64,000 bases of DNA from Thermodesulfobacteriota bacterium (GTDB lineage: Bacteria; Desulfobacterota_D; UBA1144; Nemesobacterales; Nemesobacteraceae), in assembly GCA_965220925.1 (NCBI GenBank), contig OZ244851.1, positions 658,854 through 722,853 of the forward strand, read 5' to 3'. The notes beneath the pieces were generated by a model. The model saw only the letters and a list, made by a program, of their open reading frames with translations, searched no databases and was not told where the DNA came from. Made by a program: the position numbers and the translations under genes. Positions 8,099 to 17,301 of this stretch are shown piece by piece (positions within the stretch are counted from its first letter, which is position 1; each line of letters starts with the position of its first letter).

Positions 8099-8632
8099 AT
8101 GGTTAGTATGGTTCCTATAGAAGCTTTATTAGGATATGTACTGTTGCTAGTGGGATTCGTTTTCTTTGCAAACGGAATGACCCTTTTGGGAAAGACCGGC
8201 GCGAAGGAAGTTGGTGTACTCAACCTTGGAGTAGGCGTTCTTATAGCGATAGCGGCTTGGAAGCTACACACTCTAGGTCTCACGGCGGCGACGGCGCTTG
8301 TATCGGTGTTCGCGCTTATATATTTGCTGGTATACGCGGTGTTCGTACATGGTCATGATGCGAAAGGACTCGGAGTATACTGTCTTTTCGCAACCGTAGT
8401 GTTTGTATGGTACGGAGCTCATTTCCAGAGTTTGGGATTGGCTTATTTCGCTTATTTCTGCTGGGCTTGGGCTTTGCTTGTGCTTCTTTGCTTTTTCGCT
8501 TTCGCGCAGGGCAAGGATCTGGGCAAGCCTATAGCGTATCTGTTTATAATAGAGTCGATAGTAACCCTGCTCATACCGGGAATGCTTCTGCTTACGGAAA
8601 AGTGGAATCCTCTCGGCGGAGTACCTGGGTAA
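8099..8632 (+). CDS. AmiS/UreI-family channel (putative urea / short-chain amide transporter)
   Basis: 177 aa with 6 transmembrane helices. The N-terminus LLGYVLLLVGFVFFANGMTLLGKTGAKEVGVLNLGVGVLIAI parallels H. pylori UreI (LGLVLLYVGIVLISNGICGLTKVDPKSTAVMNFFVGGLSIIC). The C-terminus IIESIVTLLIPGMLLL resembles IIEGILTAWIPAWLLF. Confidence 0.65.
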   Translation: MVSMVPIEALLGYVLLLVGFVFFANGMTLLGKTGAKEVGVLNLGVGVLIAIAAWKLHTLGLTAATALVSVFALIYLLVYAVFVHGHDAKGLGVYCLFATVVFVWYGAHFQSLGLAYFAYFCWAWALLVLLCFFAFAQGKDLGKPIAYLFIIESIVTLLIPGMLLLTEKWNPLGGVPG

Positions 8633-8657
8633 AACTCTCTTAACTTTAGCTATAATA

Positions 8658-8700
8658 AACAACGGCAGAGTCAGTATCTCTGCCGTTGTTTATTTTTTTA
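8658..8700 (+). terminator. rho-independent terminator after the UreI-like gene
   Basis: AAACAACGGCAGAG tcagtat CTCTGCCGTTGTT followed by TATTTTTTTAT: a 13-bp stem and a T tract directly after the stop at 8632. Confidence 0.8.
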
Positions 8701-8775
8701 TCGTTTTTCTTCCCCTCAACTTAAAGAAGCAGTTCAATTCCGTTATCTTTTTCTCCGAACAGTAAAACAACCTGT

Positions 8776-8804
8776 TTGATATAATCGACAGTATTGTTGA
8801 TAAT
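8776..8804 (+). promoter_or_regulatory. candidate sigma70 promoter (TTGATA-17 nt-GATAAT) for the S41 protease gene
   Basis: The sequence reads TTGATA taatcgacagtattgtt GATAAT. The -10 element ends 13 nt before the GTG at 8817, suggesting a short or leaderless mRNA. Confidence 0.35.
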
Positions 8805-8816
8805 AAAACCGCCGGA

Positions 8817-11753
8817 GTGGCGGGTGATTCTAAATTGTTTCGAAAAATTTCAAGCCTTCTGAAAAACGGGTATCTGACTCTTGCCCTGGGAATCATCGCG
8901 CTGTCTTTCTTCCTTGTGGCCGAACCAATAAGTCTTGACCGTAAATACAACGTTGAAAGCGTCAAGATAGCCGAGAATACCCTTAAGCACGTAAACAGAC
9001 ACTACCTGGACAAAAGCGAAATAAACTACGGAGAAATGCTTAAAGAAGCGGTCTCCAGTCTAGAGAGAATTTTTGATCACGTCTTGGTGGAATTTCCGGA
9101 AACCGAGGAAGAGAATTTCAATATTCGCGTAAGGGAAAAAACGGAAAAATTCGAAGGGGGAAACCCGGTGCGCTCAAACGACATTACAAGCGCTCTCGGA
9201 GAGGCGGTGTCTTTTGTTCTTTCCAATTCGGACGACTCCGTCGAAAATCTAGAATATTCCATATCAAGCGGCATGTTGCGGGCCTTGGATGCTCACTCGG
9301 CAATAATTCCGCCGAATATCTACAAAGAGTTTCTTATAGACACTGAAGGAAGTTTCGGAGGACTGGGTATCGTGGTTGGCATAAGAAGCGGCCAGTTAAC
9401 CGTCATATCTCCGATAGAAGGCACTCCGGCGTACAGAGCGGGTATAAAAACTGAAGATCAGATCGTCCAGATAGAAAACGAGTCGACCATAAACATGCCG
9501 CTTCTCGAAGCCGTGGGAAAACTTAGAGGGAAGAAAGGAACAAAGGTCAATCTACTTATTTCGAGAAAGAATTTTAGCAAACCGCGAAAGTTCTCGATAA
9601 CAAGAGACATTATAAAAATAGAGAGCGTGTACGGACTTGACCTTGAAGACGATATTCTTTATCTCAGAATAAGGAACTTTCAAAAAAACACCTCTTCAGA
9701 CCTAATAAAAGAGGTAACGACCCGCTCTCACAAAATTAAGGGAATAATCCTGGATCTTAGAGGAAATCCCGGAGGACTGCTGTCGGAAGCGGAAAAAGTA
9801 GCCGATTTCTTTCTTCCCCAAGGCAACACGATAATGACGACAAAGGCCCGAAACTATTCAAAGACATACAGAGCGACCGCCAGGCGGCCCGAGTATAAGG
9901 GCAGGGTCGTGGTGCTTGTGGACCGAGGAAGCGCGAGCGCTTCGGAAATAGTGGCCGGAGCACTTAAGAACAACAGAAGAGCTCTTCTGGTCGGGACGAG
10001 ATCGTTTGGCAAGGGTTCCGTTCAAAAAGTTTTCGAATTCGACGACGGTGCCGCCCTCAAACTCACAATAGCGAATTATCTGAACCCGGGGAATATCTCC
10101 ATACAGGACAGAGGAGTAACGCCGAACATACTTTTGCAGGGATCTGTGATAACCGAACAGAAAGTGGTGTATGATCCATTGCCCGAGGAAAGAGAAAACA
10201 TTGAGACGGAAAAACTCCCCGCCCCGGAACTAACGATTAAATATATTGACGAGTCGCTCGCTCCTGCGGATGAAGATCAGGAAGAAGCACCGCAAGACGA
10301 ATCCCTTACGAAAGCGCAGAGACTTGAGAAGCTTGGAAAGGATTTTCATGTGAATATATCAAGCAAGCTGCTTTTGGCCGAAAATCCGAAACAGTTGCGC
10401 GCGATAGCCGACGACTTCTCAGAAAAGCAGCTTGAAAAGATCAAAACACTGATTGAGGATACGGGGGTGGATTGGTCCGCGGGAGAGAACGAAAATCCGT
10501 CCGTATCGATTGAAACGACTTCCTCGAAGACAGTTTTTACCGCGGGAGAAGAAAATTTTCTAGAGATAAAAGTAACGAACGTGGGTTCTGAGCCGATATA
10601 TAGACTTAGCGCAGTAACCGACTGCGAAAACCTAGTTTACAAAAACGGAGAATTTCTGTTCGGAAAATTGCTGCCGGGACAAAGCAAAACATCCAAAGCC
10701 GAATTTTCCGTTCCAAAATGGGCCACAACCCGAGATGACAAACTCAAACTTATTTTCACAAGCTACGGAAAAAACGCCTTTGCGGAAAAAGATCTGCCGG
10801 TAACAACTCTAGCGGACGACCCTCCCGTCTATTCCTATAACTACGAAATAGTCGAGGACGGGAAATTGGAGAGCGAAGGAAACGGAAACGGTATCGCGGA
10901 ACTTGAAGAGACTATCGTGCTCAACGTGGAGCTGAAAAATACCGGACAGGGAGTATCGAGAAAAACCGTCGCGACGCTCAAAAATCTATCCGGCGACGAC
11001 GTGTTTCTCGAAAAAGGAAGGTTTGAATTTGAGAATTTTAACCCCGGTGAAATCCGCCAAGCGCCGTTTCGGTTCAGACAAAACGGACAATCGAAAGAAA
11101 CGGAATTTGAACTTCTTGTGATGGATGAGGACTTGCGTCGGGTAAAAACGCAGAAAATAACCTTGCCCGCGCCAGAACAGAAAAGACCTTTTCTCGCCGC
11201 CGCGGCAAATAAAACCGCGGTTTTCAAAGAAGAAAGTCACATACTCGGCGCATCTTTCCCGGAAGCCCAAGCAAAGGCGATCGCCGCGAAAAATTCCAGA
11301 GTGAAGATTCTTGGCAGTTCGGGCAAATGGATAAAAATCGAAGACGAAAATGCCGTTTCGGGCTGGGTTGAGGAAAAAGCCGTTTACGCAAGTTTTTCCG
11401 ACGAAACCGTAGGCTTATACGGTAACGAAAGCGAGGGTCCCAAACCCAGTATCTCACTTATCGAGAAAGTTTTCGAAAGACCTCCCTACATAACAACTTC
11501 ACCCTTCCCTCTGTATACAGATTCAGACTCAATAACCATAGAAGGATCGGTCGGAGACTCAAACCGTATAGAGACCGTTTCGGTGTGGGCGGAAAACGAC
11601 AAGATAAAGCTTCTTACTCCAAACAAAAAGAAAGTTCGCTTTTCCTTTCCTCTAACCCTTAAAGAAGGAATGAATCTTTTCACGATAGTGGCCAAGGATG
11701 AAAAAGGAATGGAATCGAAAAAAACTCTGGCCGTAAGAAAAGAGCTTTCCTGA
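8817..11753 (+). CDS. S41-family C-terminal processing peptidase (Ctp/Prc-like) with a PDZ domain and a long C-terminal extension
   Basis: An N-terminal membrane anchor is followed by a PDZ domain (GGLGIVVGIRSGQLTVISPIEGTPAYRAGIK) and an S41 catalytic core (LDLRGNPGGLL...VVLVDRGSASASEIVAGAL...GTRSFGKGSVQ). The ~500-aa tail carries two repeated beta-sandwich segments and an SH3b-like RVKILGSSGKWIKIEDENAVSGWVEEKAV. The annotated start is a GTG. Confidence 0.85.
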   Translation: MAGDSKLFRKISSLLKNGYLTLALGIIALSFFLVAEPISLDRKYNVESVKIAENTLKHVNRHYLDKSEINYGEMLKEAVSSLERIFDHVLVEFPETEEENFNIRVREKTEKFEGGNPVRSNDITSALGEAVSFVLSNSDDSVENLEYSISSGMLRALDAHSAIIPPNIYKEFLIDTEGSFGGLGIVVGIRSGQLTVISPIEGTPAYRAGIKTEDQIVQIENESTINMPLLEAVGKLRGKKGTKVNLLISRKNFSKPRKFSITRDIIKIESVYGLDLEDDILYLRIRNFQKNTSSDLIKEVTTRSHKIKGIILDLRGNPGGLLSEAEKVADFFLPQGNTIMTTKARNYSKTYRATARRPEYKGRVVVLVDRGSASASEIVAGALKNNRRALLVGTRSFGKGSVQKVFEFDDGAALKLTIANYLNPGNISIQDRGVTPNILLQGSVITEQKVVYDPLPEERENIETEKLPAPELTIKYIDESLAPADEDQEEAPQDESLTKAQRLEKLGKDFHVNISSKLLLAENPKQLRAIADDFSEKQLEKIKTLIEDTGVDWSAGENENPSVSIETTSSKTVFTAGEENFLEIKVTNVGSEPIYRLSAVTDCENLVYKNGEFLFGKLLPGQSKTSKAEFSVPKWATTRDDKLKLIFTSYGKNAFAEKDLPVTTLADDPPVYSYNYEIVEDGKLESEGNGNGIAELEETIVLNVELKNTGQGVSRKTVATLKNLSGDDVFLEKGRFEFENFNPGEIRQAPFRFRQNGQSKETEFELLVMDEDLRRVKTQKITLPAPEQKRPFLAAAANKTAVFKEESHILGASFPEAQAKAIAAKNSRVKILGSSGKWIKIEDENAVSGWVEEKAVYASFSDETVGLYGNESEGPKPSISLIEKVFERPPYITTSPFPLYTDSDSITIEGSVGDSNRIETVSVWAENDKIKLLTPNKKKVRFSFPLTLKEGMNLFTIVAKDEKGMESKKTLAVRKELS

Positions 11754-11822
11754 ACTTCGAACATATGCGCCGGTATATCTTTAGAGTCTCAAACGAGTTT
11801 GCGAGAGCGCGACCTATGAGCA

Positions 11823-12758
11823 ATGTTTAAATTTGTGTTTTTTCGCATTCTGACGGGAGCGCTTGTGGTTTTTGCGGTCGCAAGCATAACCTTTTTCCTT
11901 CTAAGAATACTCCCGGGAGGTCCTTTTGACGCGGAGAAAAGCATTCCTCCGCACATACTTGAAAATATCGAGAAGAAATACCATATGGAAAAGCCCCTTT
12001 ACCAGCAGTACCTAATCTATATGGGCAACTTGGCTCAAGGGGATTTCGGACCTTCTTACAAATACGACGATAGACCCGTTACCGACATAATAAAGGAAAC
12101 GTTGCCGGTCTCCATGCTGCTTGGATTTATCTCCCTGCTGATCGCGTTTTTCGTCGGAACCGCGGTAGGCATGATTTCCGCCCTTTTCCCAAGAAGTATT
12201 CACGATATAATTTCCGTCATAATTTCCACATCACTTGTGTCGGTCCCAAGTTTCGTGGTCGGAGCGATGCTTATATATTTTTTCTCGGTTAAGTGGAAAA
12301 TACTTCCGGCGGCGCTTTGGGGAGAGCCGAAACACATTATACTTCCGGCCGTCACTCTCAGCCTCGCGCCGTTTGCTTATATATCGAGACTCGTTCGTTC
12401 CAATATGCTTGACGTATCGAAGCAGTTTTTCGTAAGAACCGCCAGGGCGAAGGGACTTGGGAAAACAAAAATATTCACGAAACACATACTGAGAAACGCT
12501 CTAATCCCCGTTGTAACCGTGCTCGGACCCCTTACCGCTTATCTGGTTACGGGATCGTTTGTTGTCGAGCATATATTCGCAATACCGGGAATGGGAAGGT
12601 TTTTCGTTTTCGCGGTGGGAAATAGAGACTACTCCGTCGTAATCGGAATAACTATCGTCTACGCGCTCTTGCTCGTAATAGCGAATCTGGTGGTTGATCT
12701 GTTCTACGCCCTGCTTGACCCGAGAATAGAACTTAAAAAACAGGACCGGATTGCCTGA
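11823..12758 (+). CDS. ABC transporter permease, OppB/DppB family
   Basis: 311 aa with 6 transmembrane helices. The inner-membrane-permease signature region ...SKQFFVRTARAKGLGKTKIFTKHILRNALIPVVTVLGP and the N-terminal FFLLRILPGGPF are typical of OppB/DppB. Confidence 0.85.
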   Translation: MFKFVFFRILTGALVVFAVASITFFLLRILPGGPFDAEKSIPPHILENIEKKYHMEKPLYQQYLIYMGNLAQGDFGPSYKYDDRPVTDIIKETLPVSMLLGFISLLIAFFVGTAVGMISALFPRSIHDIISVIISTSLVSVPSFVVGAMLIYFFSVKWKILPAALWGEPKHIILPAVTLSLAPFAYISRLVRSNMLDVSKQFFVRTARAKGLGKTKIFTKHILRNALIPVVTVLGPLTAYLVTGSFVVEHIFAIPGMGRFFVFAVGNRDYSVVIGITIVYALLLVIANLVVDLFYALLDPRIELKKQDRIA

Positions 12759-12780
12759 CCACAGGTAAACGCGTGAGATA

Positions 12781-13518
12781 ATGAGCAACATAAAAATAGT
12801 TATTGAGTACGACGGCACGAACTATCACGGTTGGCAGTGTCAGGGCAATCTCCCCACGGTGCAAAAAACGATAGAAGACGGAATCGAGAAAATCACGAAA
12901 GAGAAAGTGAGAATAACGGGTGCGGGAAGAACGGACGCAGGAGTCCACGCCATGGGTCAAGTGGCTAATTTTCTTACAGAAACTAAACTGGATCCCGAGA
13001 CTTTGCGAAAAGCGCTGAATTCGACAACCCCTGACGATATATCAATTATAGGAGCCGAAAGCGTTCCAGACAACTTCCACGCGCAGTTCAGCTCCAAGAG
13101 CAAAATTTACGAATATAGAATATTTAACAAACCCTATCGCTCGGCGTTGCAAAGAAACAGAATATGGCATGTTCCGGAGAAACTTGACTTGAAAAAAATG
13201 AAGGAGGCCGTAGCTTTTCTTAGGGGGGACCATGATTTTTCCGTTTTCGCGGCCGCTGACATAACCGTGAAAAATACCGTTCGAACGGTAAAAAAGTGCG
13301 AGATCAAAAGGACCCGGGAAGGAATAATACTCTTTGAGATAGAAGCGAACGGATTTTTGAAAAGAATGGTCAGGATGATTACGGGCACTCTGGTGGAAAC
13401 GGCGAGGGGAAAGCTGAGTTCCGAGGGATTCGGTCAAATACTCCGAGGCGGACGCAAGACGAAAAATGTCCTCACGGCTCCACCTCAAGGACTTTTTCTA
13501 AAGAAAGTCGTTTACTGA
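12781..13518 (+). CDS. truA: tRNA pseudouridine(38-40) synthase
   Basis: IEYDGTNYHGWQCQ...GAGRTDAGVHAMGQV includes the catalytic Asp motif. The 245-aa length fits TruA. Confidence 0.9.
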   Translation: MSNIKIVIEYDGTNYHGWQCQGNLPTVQKTIEDGIEKITKEKVRITGAGRTDAGVHAMGQVANFLTETKLDPETLRKALNSTTPDDISIIGAESVPDNFHAQFSSKSKIYEYRIFNKPYRSALQRNRIWHVPEKLDLKKMKEAVAFLRGDHDFSVFAAADITVKNTVRTVKKCEIKRTREGIILFEIEANGFLKRMVRMITGTLVETARGKLSSEGFGQILRGGRKTKNVLTAPPQGLFLKKVVY

Positions 13519-13579
13519 ATACAAAAAAAATATTGATACTCTCATAGACCATTGCCGTATATAGTTTAGGACGAGGCGC

Positions 13580-14344
13580 GTGATGAAGTTTCTCAGATTC
13601 AAAAACTCAAAAGGAGAACCGGTGTTCGGTAAATACACAGAAGGTTCGGTAGCCGAGATAACCGGGGACATTTTCCGCACATACTCCATAACGGACAAAA
13701 AATATGATTACGAAGAAATAACGCCGCTTCCGCCCTGTCTTCCGACTAAAATCATAGCCGTGGGACTCAACTACGAGGACCATGCGCGGGAAATGCAAAG
13801 GACTCCTCCCGAAGACCCTATGCTGTTTTTGAAACCTTCAACCTCGGTCATCGCCCACGGAGACGATATAAAATACCCGGCGCATATGTCGCATAGAGTC
13901 GACTACGAAGGAGAGCTCGGAGTCGTAATAGGGAAAAAAGCTCGTTTGGTGGAAGAGGAGGAAGCTTTTGAATACGTTTTCGGATATACCTGCGTAAATG
14001 ACGTGACGGCAAGAGATCTTCAGGCAAAAGATATACAATTTACAAGGGGCAAAGGATTTGATACGTTCGCTCCGATCGGACCTTTTATAAAAACGGGAAT
14101 AAAGCCCGGAAACTTGTCCATAAAAACCTTTCTGAACGGAGAAGTGAAACAGGATTCAAGCACCGAGAATCTGATATTCAGCGTACCGAAACTTGTAAGT
14201 TTCATATCCAAAGTGATGACCCTGCTGCCTGGAGATATAATAGCAACCGGAACCCCCGCTGGAATAAGTCCCATGAAACCGGGTGACGTGGTAGAGGTTC
14301 GGATTGAAAAAATCGGAAGCCTTAGAAACCAGATCGTTCTTTAA
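13580..14344 (+). CDS. fumarylacetoacetate hydrolase (FAH)-family protein (HpcE/YcgM-like hydratase/isomerase/decarboxylase)
   Basis: 254 aa. The FAH-fold motifs are present: KIIAVGLNYEDHA, DYEGELGVVIGKKA, GDIIATGTPAGI. Confidence 0.85.
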   Translation: MMKFLRFKNSKGEPVFGKYTEGSVAEITGDIFRTYSITDKKYDYEEITPLPPCLPTKIIAVGLNYEDHAREMQRTPPEDPMLFLKPSTSVIAHGDDIKYPAHMSHRVDYEGELGVVIGKKARLVEEEEAFEYVFGYTCVNDVTARDLQAKDIQFTRGKGFDTFAPIGPFIKTGIKPGNLSIKTFLNGEVKQDSSTENLIFSVPKLVSFISKVMTLLPGDIIATGTPAGISPMKPGDVVEVRIEKIGSLRNQIVL

Positions 14345-14614
14345 CCCGAACTTTCTGATTTTAACCGGACAAACTGGTTTTTTTGCTATTCACCGTCGGA
14401 TACGTTGCCGCAACTTTATCCAAAGCGATTGAAGCTCGGTTATTTGAAATATCTTTTAAAATCCGAGTGAAAAGTCAGTTTCCTGCCAGAGAATTTCTTT
14501 GTAATTACCATGTGAGAAACACGTGCCATGCGCTTAATTTGTTTCTATTTTTCTCGTTTATACATTCTTGTTGCATTTCATTATTTACGGTTTTCCCCGG
14601 TACGGTTTTCACGC

Positions 14615-14643
14615 TTGACTAGAAAACTTTTCTAAAGTACAAT
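14615..14643 (+). promoter_or_regulatory. candidate sigma70 promoter (TTGACT-17 nt-TACAAT) for the TonB-dependent receptor
   Basis: Near-consensus hexamers with a 17-nt spacer, about 60 nt upstream of the ATG at 14705. A Shine-Dalgarno AGGAGG precedes the start. Confidence 0.5.
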
Positions 14644-14704
14644 CTCGTTAGGGGGTAAGTATCCTAAAATCTTGCCAAATTTGTTATAGGAGGAACTTAA
14701 ATTC

Positions 14705-17164
14705 ATGAGAGTACGATCAGAAGTGAAAAAAAGCTATTTCCTTGTTTTAATCGGAATGCTTGTTTGCACATTATTCTTTCAAGGCTCGCCCGAACCCGCA
14801 ATGGCTCAAAGTCAATCGGAATCGGTTATGTTGCCCGAAATGCTAGTTATAGGTTCTCGTCGACAGGTCAGATCGGTTTCAGATATTCCGACTCCAGTAG
14901 ACGTGATTCAAGGAGAGGAATTCACGGACCAGGGGACTGGAGATGTCTCAAACGCGTTGCGTAACTTGGTACCTTCCTACAACGTGGGAACTCAACCTAT
15001 AAGCGATGCCGCTACGTTTATTCGACCCGCCAACCTTCGAGGACTCGCTCCTGATCAAACGCTGGTTTTCGTAAACGGGAAGCGGCGTCATAGAGGCGCT
15101 GTCATCAGCTTCTTGGGAAACGGTGTCTCTGACGCCTCTCAAGGTACCGATATAAGCGTCATTCCCGCGATTGCCATTAAACGAGTCGAGGTTCTTCGCG
15201 ACAGCGCGTCCGCGCAGTACGGTTCTGACGCGATCGCCGGAGCGATTAACTTCGTGCTAAAGGATAGTTCGGAAGGCGGAATAGTGGAAACCCAGTGGGG
15301 ACAGACTTACGAGGGAGACGGAGAAGAATACAGATTCGCCACTAACGTGGGCGTCCCGGTCACCGAGAGCGGGTTTCTCAACCTAAGCGCCGAGTACCGA
15401 AACGCCGAACCGACCGTCCGTAGCGTGCAAAGAGACGATGCGGCGGCTTTGATTGCCAACGGTAACACGCATGTTCGCCAGCCTTATGCGCAAATATGGG
15501 GAGCTCCGGATGTAGACGGCGACAAGAAGCTATTTTTGAATTTCGGTATGGATTTTGGGGATCAATCGACTTTCTATGCTTTCGGAAACCTTGCCGAAAG
15601 AAAAGTGGAAGGAGGTTTCTTTTTCCGAAATCCCGAGACGCGCGCGGGAGTAAACGTGGATTCAAAAGACAATCCTCTGGAATACACGTTGCCGTCGGGT
15701 GAGATTTTTCGCTGGGCGGATGTTTTCCCGGGCGGTTTCACACCGCAGTTCGGGGGTAAGATAAGCGATAAAGCGGTTACATCCGGTTTTCGCGGTTCTT
15801 TTGATTCGGGCTTAACATACGACACAAGCTATACAGTCGGTCAAAGTCGAGGAGACTTCTCCATCAGAGACACTATAAACGCGAGCTTGGGACCGGATTC
15901 GCCCACGCAGTTTGAACTCGGTTCTTATATACAGACCGAGCATACGGTGAACGCCGACTTAACTTATCCGGTTGAGTTTCCGGGACTTTCCTCGGAGCTT
16001 TTTGCCGCCGCGGGAGTCGAATGGCGCAAGGAAGTCTTTCGGGTTCGTCAGGGTCAAAGAGAGTCATGGGAAATTGGTCCTTTGGCGGAGTCCGGGTTCG
16101 GCGTCGGGGCCAACGGTTTCTCCGGGTTTTCCGATAAAGTAGCTGGAGAATGGGATCGATCCAACATCGCTCTCTACACTGATATTGAGACCGATCTTTT
16201 ACCGAGACTTAGCTTGGACGTTATGGGTAGATGGGAAAAATTCGACGATTTCGGTTCAACGACAAACGGTAAGCTTGCAGCTTTATTCCGAGTAACTCCC
16301 GGATTGAGTCTACGCGGTTCCGCAAGTACCGGATTCAGAGTCCCGACAGTGGGACAGGAAAACATCAATAACGTCACGACGGCGTTTCTCGAGGGGAAAT
16401 TGAGGCAGAGAGGGACTATCCCGGCCACTTGTCCCGAGGCCGTAGCGCAGGGAGCTAAACCTCTTGAACCCGAAGAATCCTTGACGTTCGCCGCGGGCGT
16501 AGTGGGTGAATCGGGGCCGTTTTCAATCACGGCGGATTATTTCAACATTAAGATAACCGACCGGATAGGGCAATCCGGGGATAAAAGACTCGATCAGCCG
16601 CTTCCAAACGGTTGCTTTGAGGCGGCGGACGTGCTCCTATTCTCCTACTTCGGAAACGGTTTCGATACGCGTACTCAAGGAGTCGACATTATTGGAACGG
16701 TCGATATCACTCAAATGATGCCCTCGCAAGGGCGGACCGAGCTCATTTTCGTAGGCAGCTACGCAAACACCGAGGTAACAGATTACGAAACGGAGTTTTT
16801 GGACGAAAAGCGTATTTTGCAACTCGAGGAAGCTCTGCCGGATTACCGCTTCAACTTAACGCTACAGCATCAGCAAAGCAAATGGAGCGGCCTTTTGCGT
16901 CTTAATTACTTCGGCCCATACACGGAAACTCACGTGGATCAGCTGGGTAAACTAATCGACGCGGGAAGAGAGCTCACTCTTGACTTTGAGGCGAGTTACG
17001 TAGTGATGAACAGCGTTGAGTTCACCGTCGGAGCGGAAAATATGTTCAACAATTTTCCGACGGACAACCCTCACTCGGGCTTTGTAGGATCTAAATATCC
17101 TGAGTCATCGCCGATGGGTGTTGCCGGCGGTTTTTATTACGGTCGGCTTCGCTACTTGTTCTAA
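14705..17164 (+). CDS. TonB-dependent outer-membrane receptor
   Basis: Has a signal peptide and a plug domain (DQTLVFVNGKRRHRG...IKRVEVLRDSASAQYGSDAIAGAINFVLK). An 819-aa barrel ends in the terminal aromatic ...RLRYLF. Confidence 0.85.
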   Translation: MRVRSEVKKSYFLVLIGMLVCTLFFQGSPEPAMAQSQSESVMLPEMLVIGSRRQVRSVSDIPTPVDVIQGEEFTDQGTGDVSNALRNLVPSYNVGTQPISDAATFIRPANLRGLAPDQTLVFVNGKRRHRGAVISFLGNGVSDASQGTDISVIPAIAIKRVEVLRDSASAQYGSDAIAGAINFVLKDSSEGGIVETQWGQTYEGDGEEYRFATNVGVPVTESGFLNLSAEYRNAEPTVRSVQRDDAAALIANGNTHVRQPYAQIWGAPDVDGDKKLFLNFGMDFGDQSTFYAFGNLAERKVEGGFFFRNPETRAGVNVDSKDNPLEYTLPSGEIFRWADVFPGGFTPQFGGKISDKAVTSGFRGSFDSGLTYDTSYTVGQSRGDFSIRDTINASLGPDSPTQFELGSYIQTEHTVNADLTYPVEFPGLSSELFAAAGVEWRKEVFRVRQGQRESWEIGPLAESGFGVGANGFSGFSDKVAGEWDRSNIALYTDIETDLLPRLSLDVMGRWEKFDDFGSTTNGKLAALFRVTPGLSLRGSASTGFRVPTVGQENINNVTTAFLEGKLRQRGTIPATCPEAVAQGAKPLEPEESLTFAAGVVGESGPFSITADYFNIKITDRIGQSGDKRLDQPLPNGCFEAADVLLFSYFGNGFDTRTQGVDIIGTVDITQMMPSQGRTELIFVGSYANTEVTDYETEFLDEKRILQLEEALPDYRFNLTLQHQQSKWSGLLRLNYFGPYTETHVDQLGKLIDAGRELTLDFEASYVVMNSVEFTVGAENMFNNFPTDNPHSGFVGSKYPESSPMGVAGGFYYGRLRYLF

Positions 17165-17174
17165 AATAAGAAAA

Positions 17175-17224
17175 AGGCGACGGAAGGAACGCTTGTACGC
17201 ATTCTAACCGTCGCCTTTTTTTTA
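17175..17224. terminator. probable bidirectional rho-independent terminator between the convergent TonB-receptor and carrier-protein genes
   Basis: An A-run precedes GGCGACGG, a 24-nt loop and CCGTCGCC, followed by a T10 run. It sits between the stops at 17164 (+) and 17302 (-). Confidence 0.6.
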
Positions 17225-17301
17225 ATGTCTTCTCACCGCAAGTAGAATTTTGCCCACGCATACAGTCGGGCGTCTTTTACGGATAAGACCGGCTGAATAA
17301 A

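Noticed and set aside
14345-14704. Possible riboswitch (cobalamin, TPP or other) in the 360-bp region upstream of the TonB-dependent receptor
   Set aside because: I scanned for the B12-box (GCCACTG-like) and TPP (CUGAGA) cores and found neither. The region is better explained by a consensus sigma70 promoter plus a long untranslated leader. A full Rfam scan would still be needed to be definitive.
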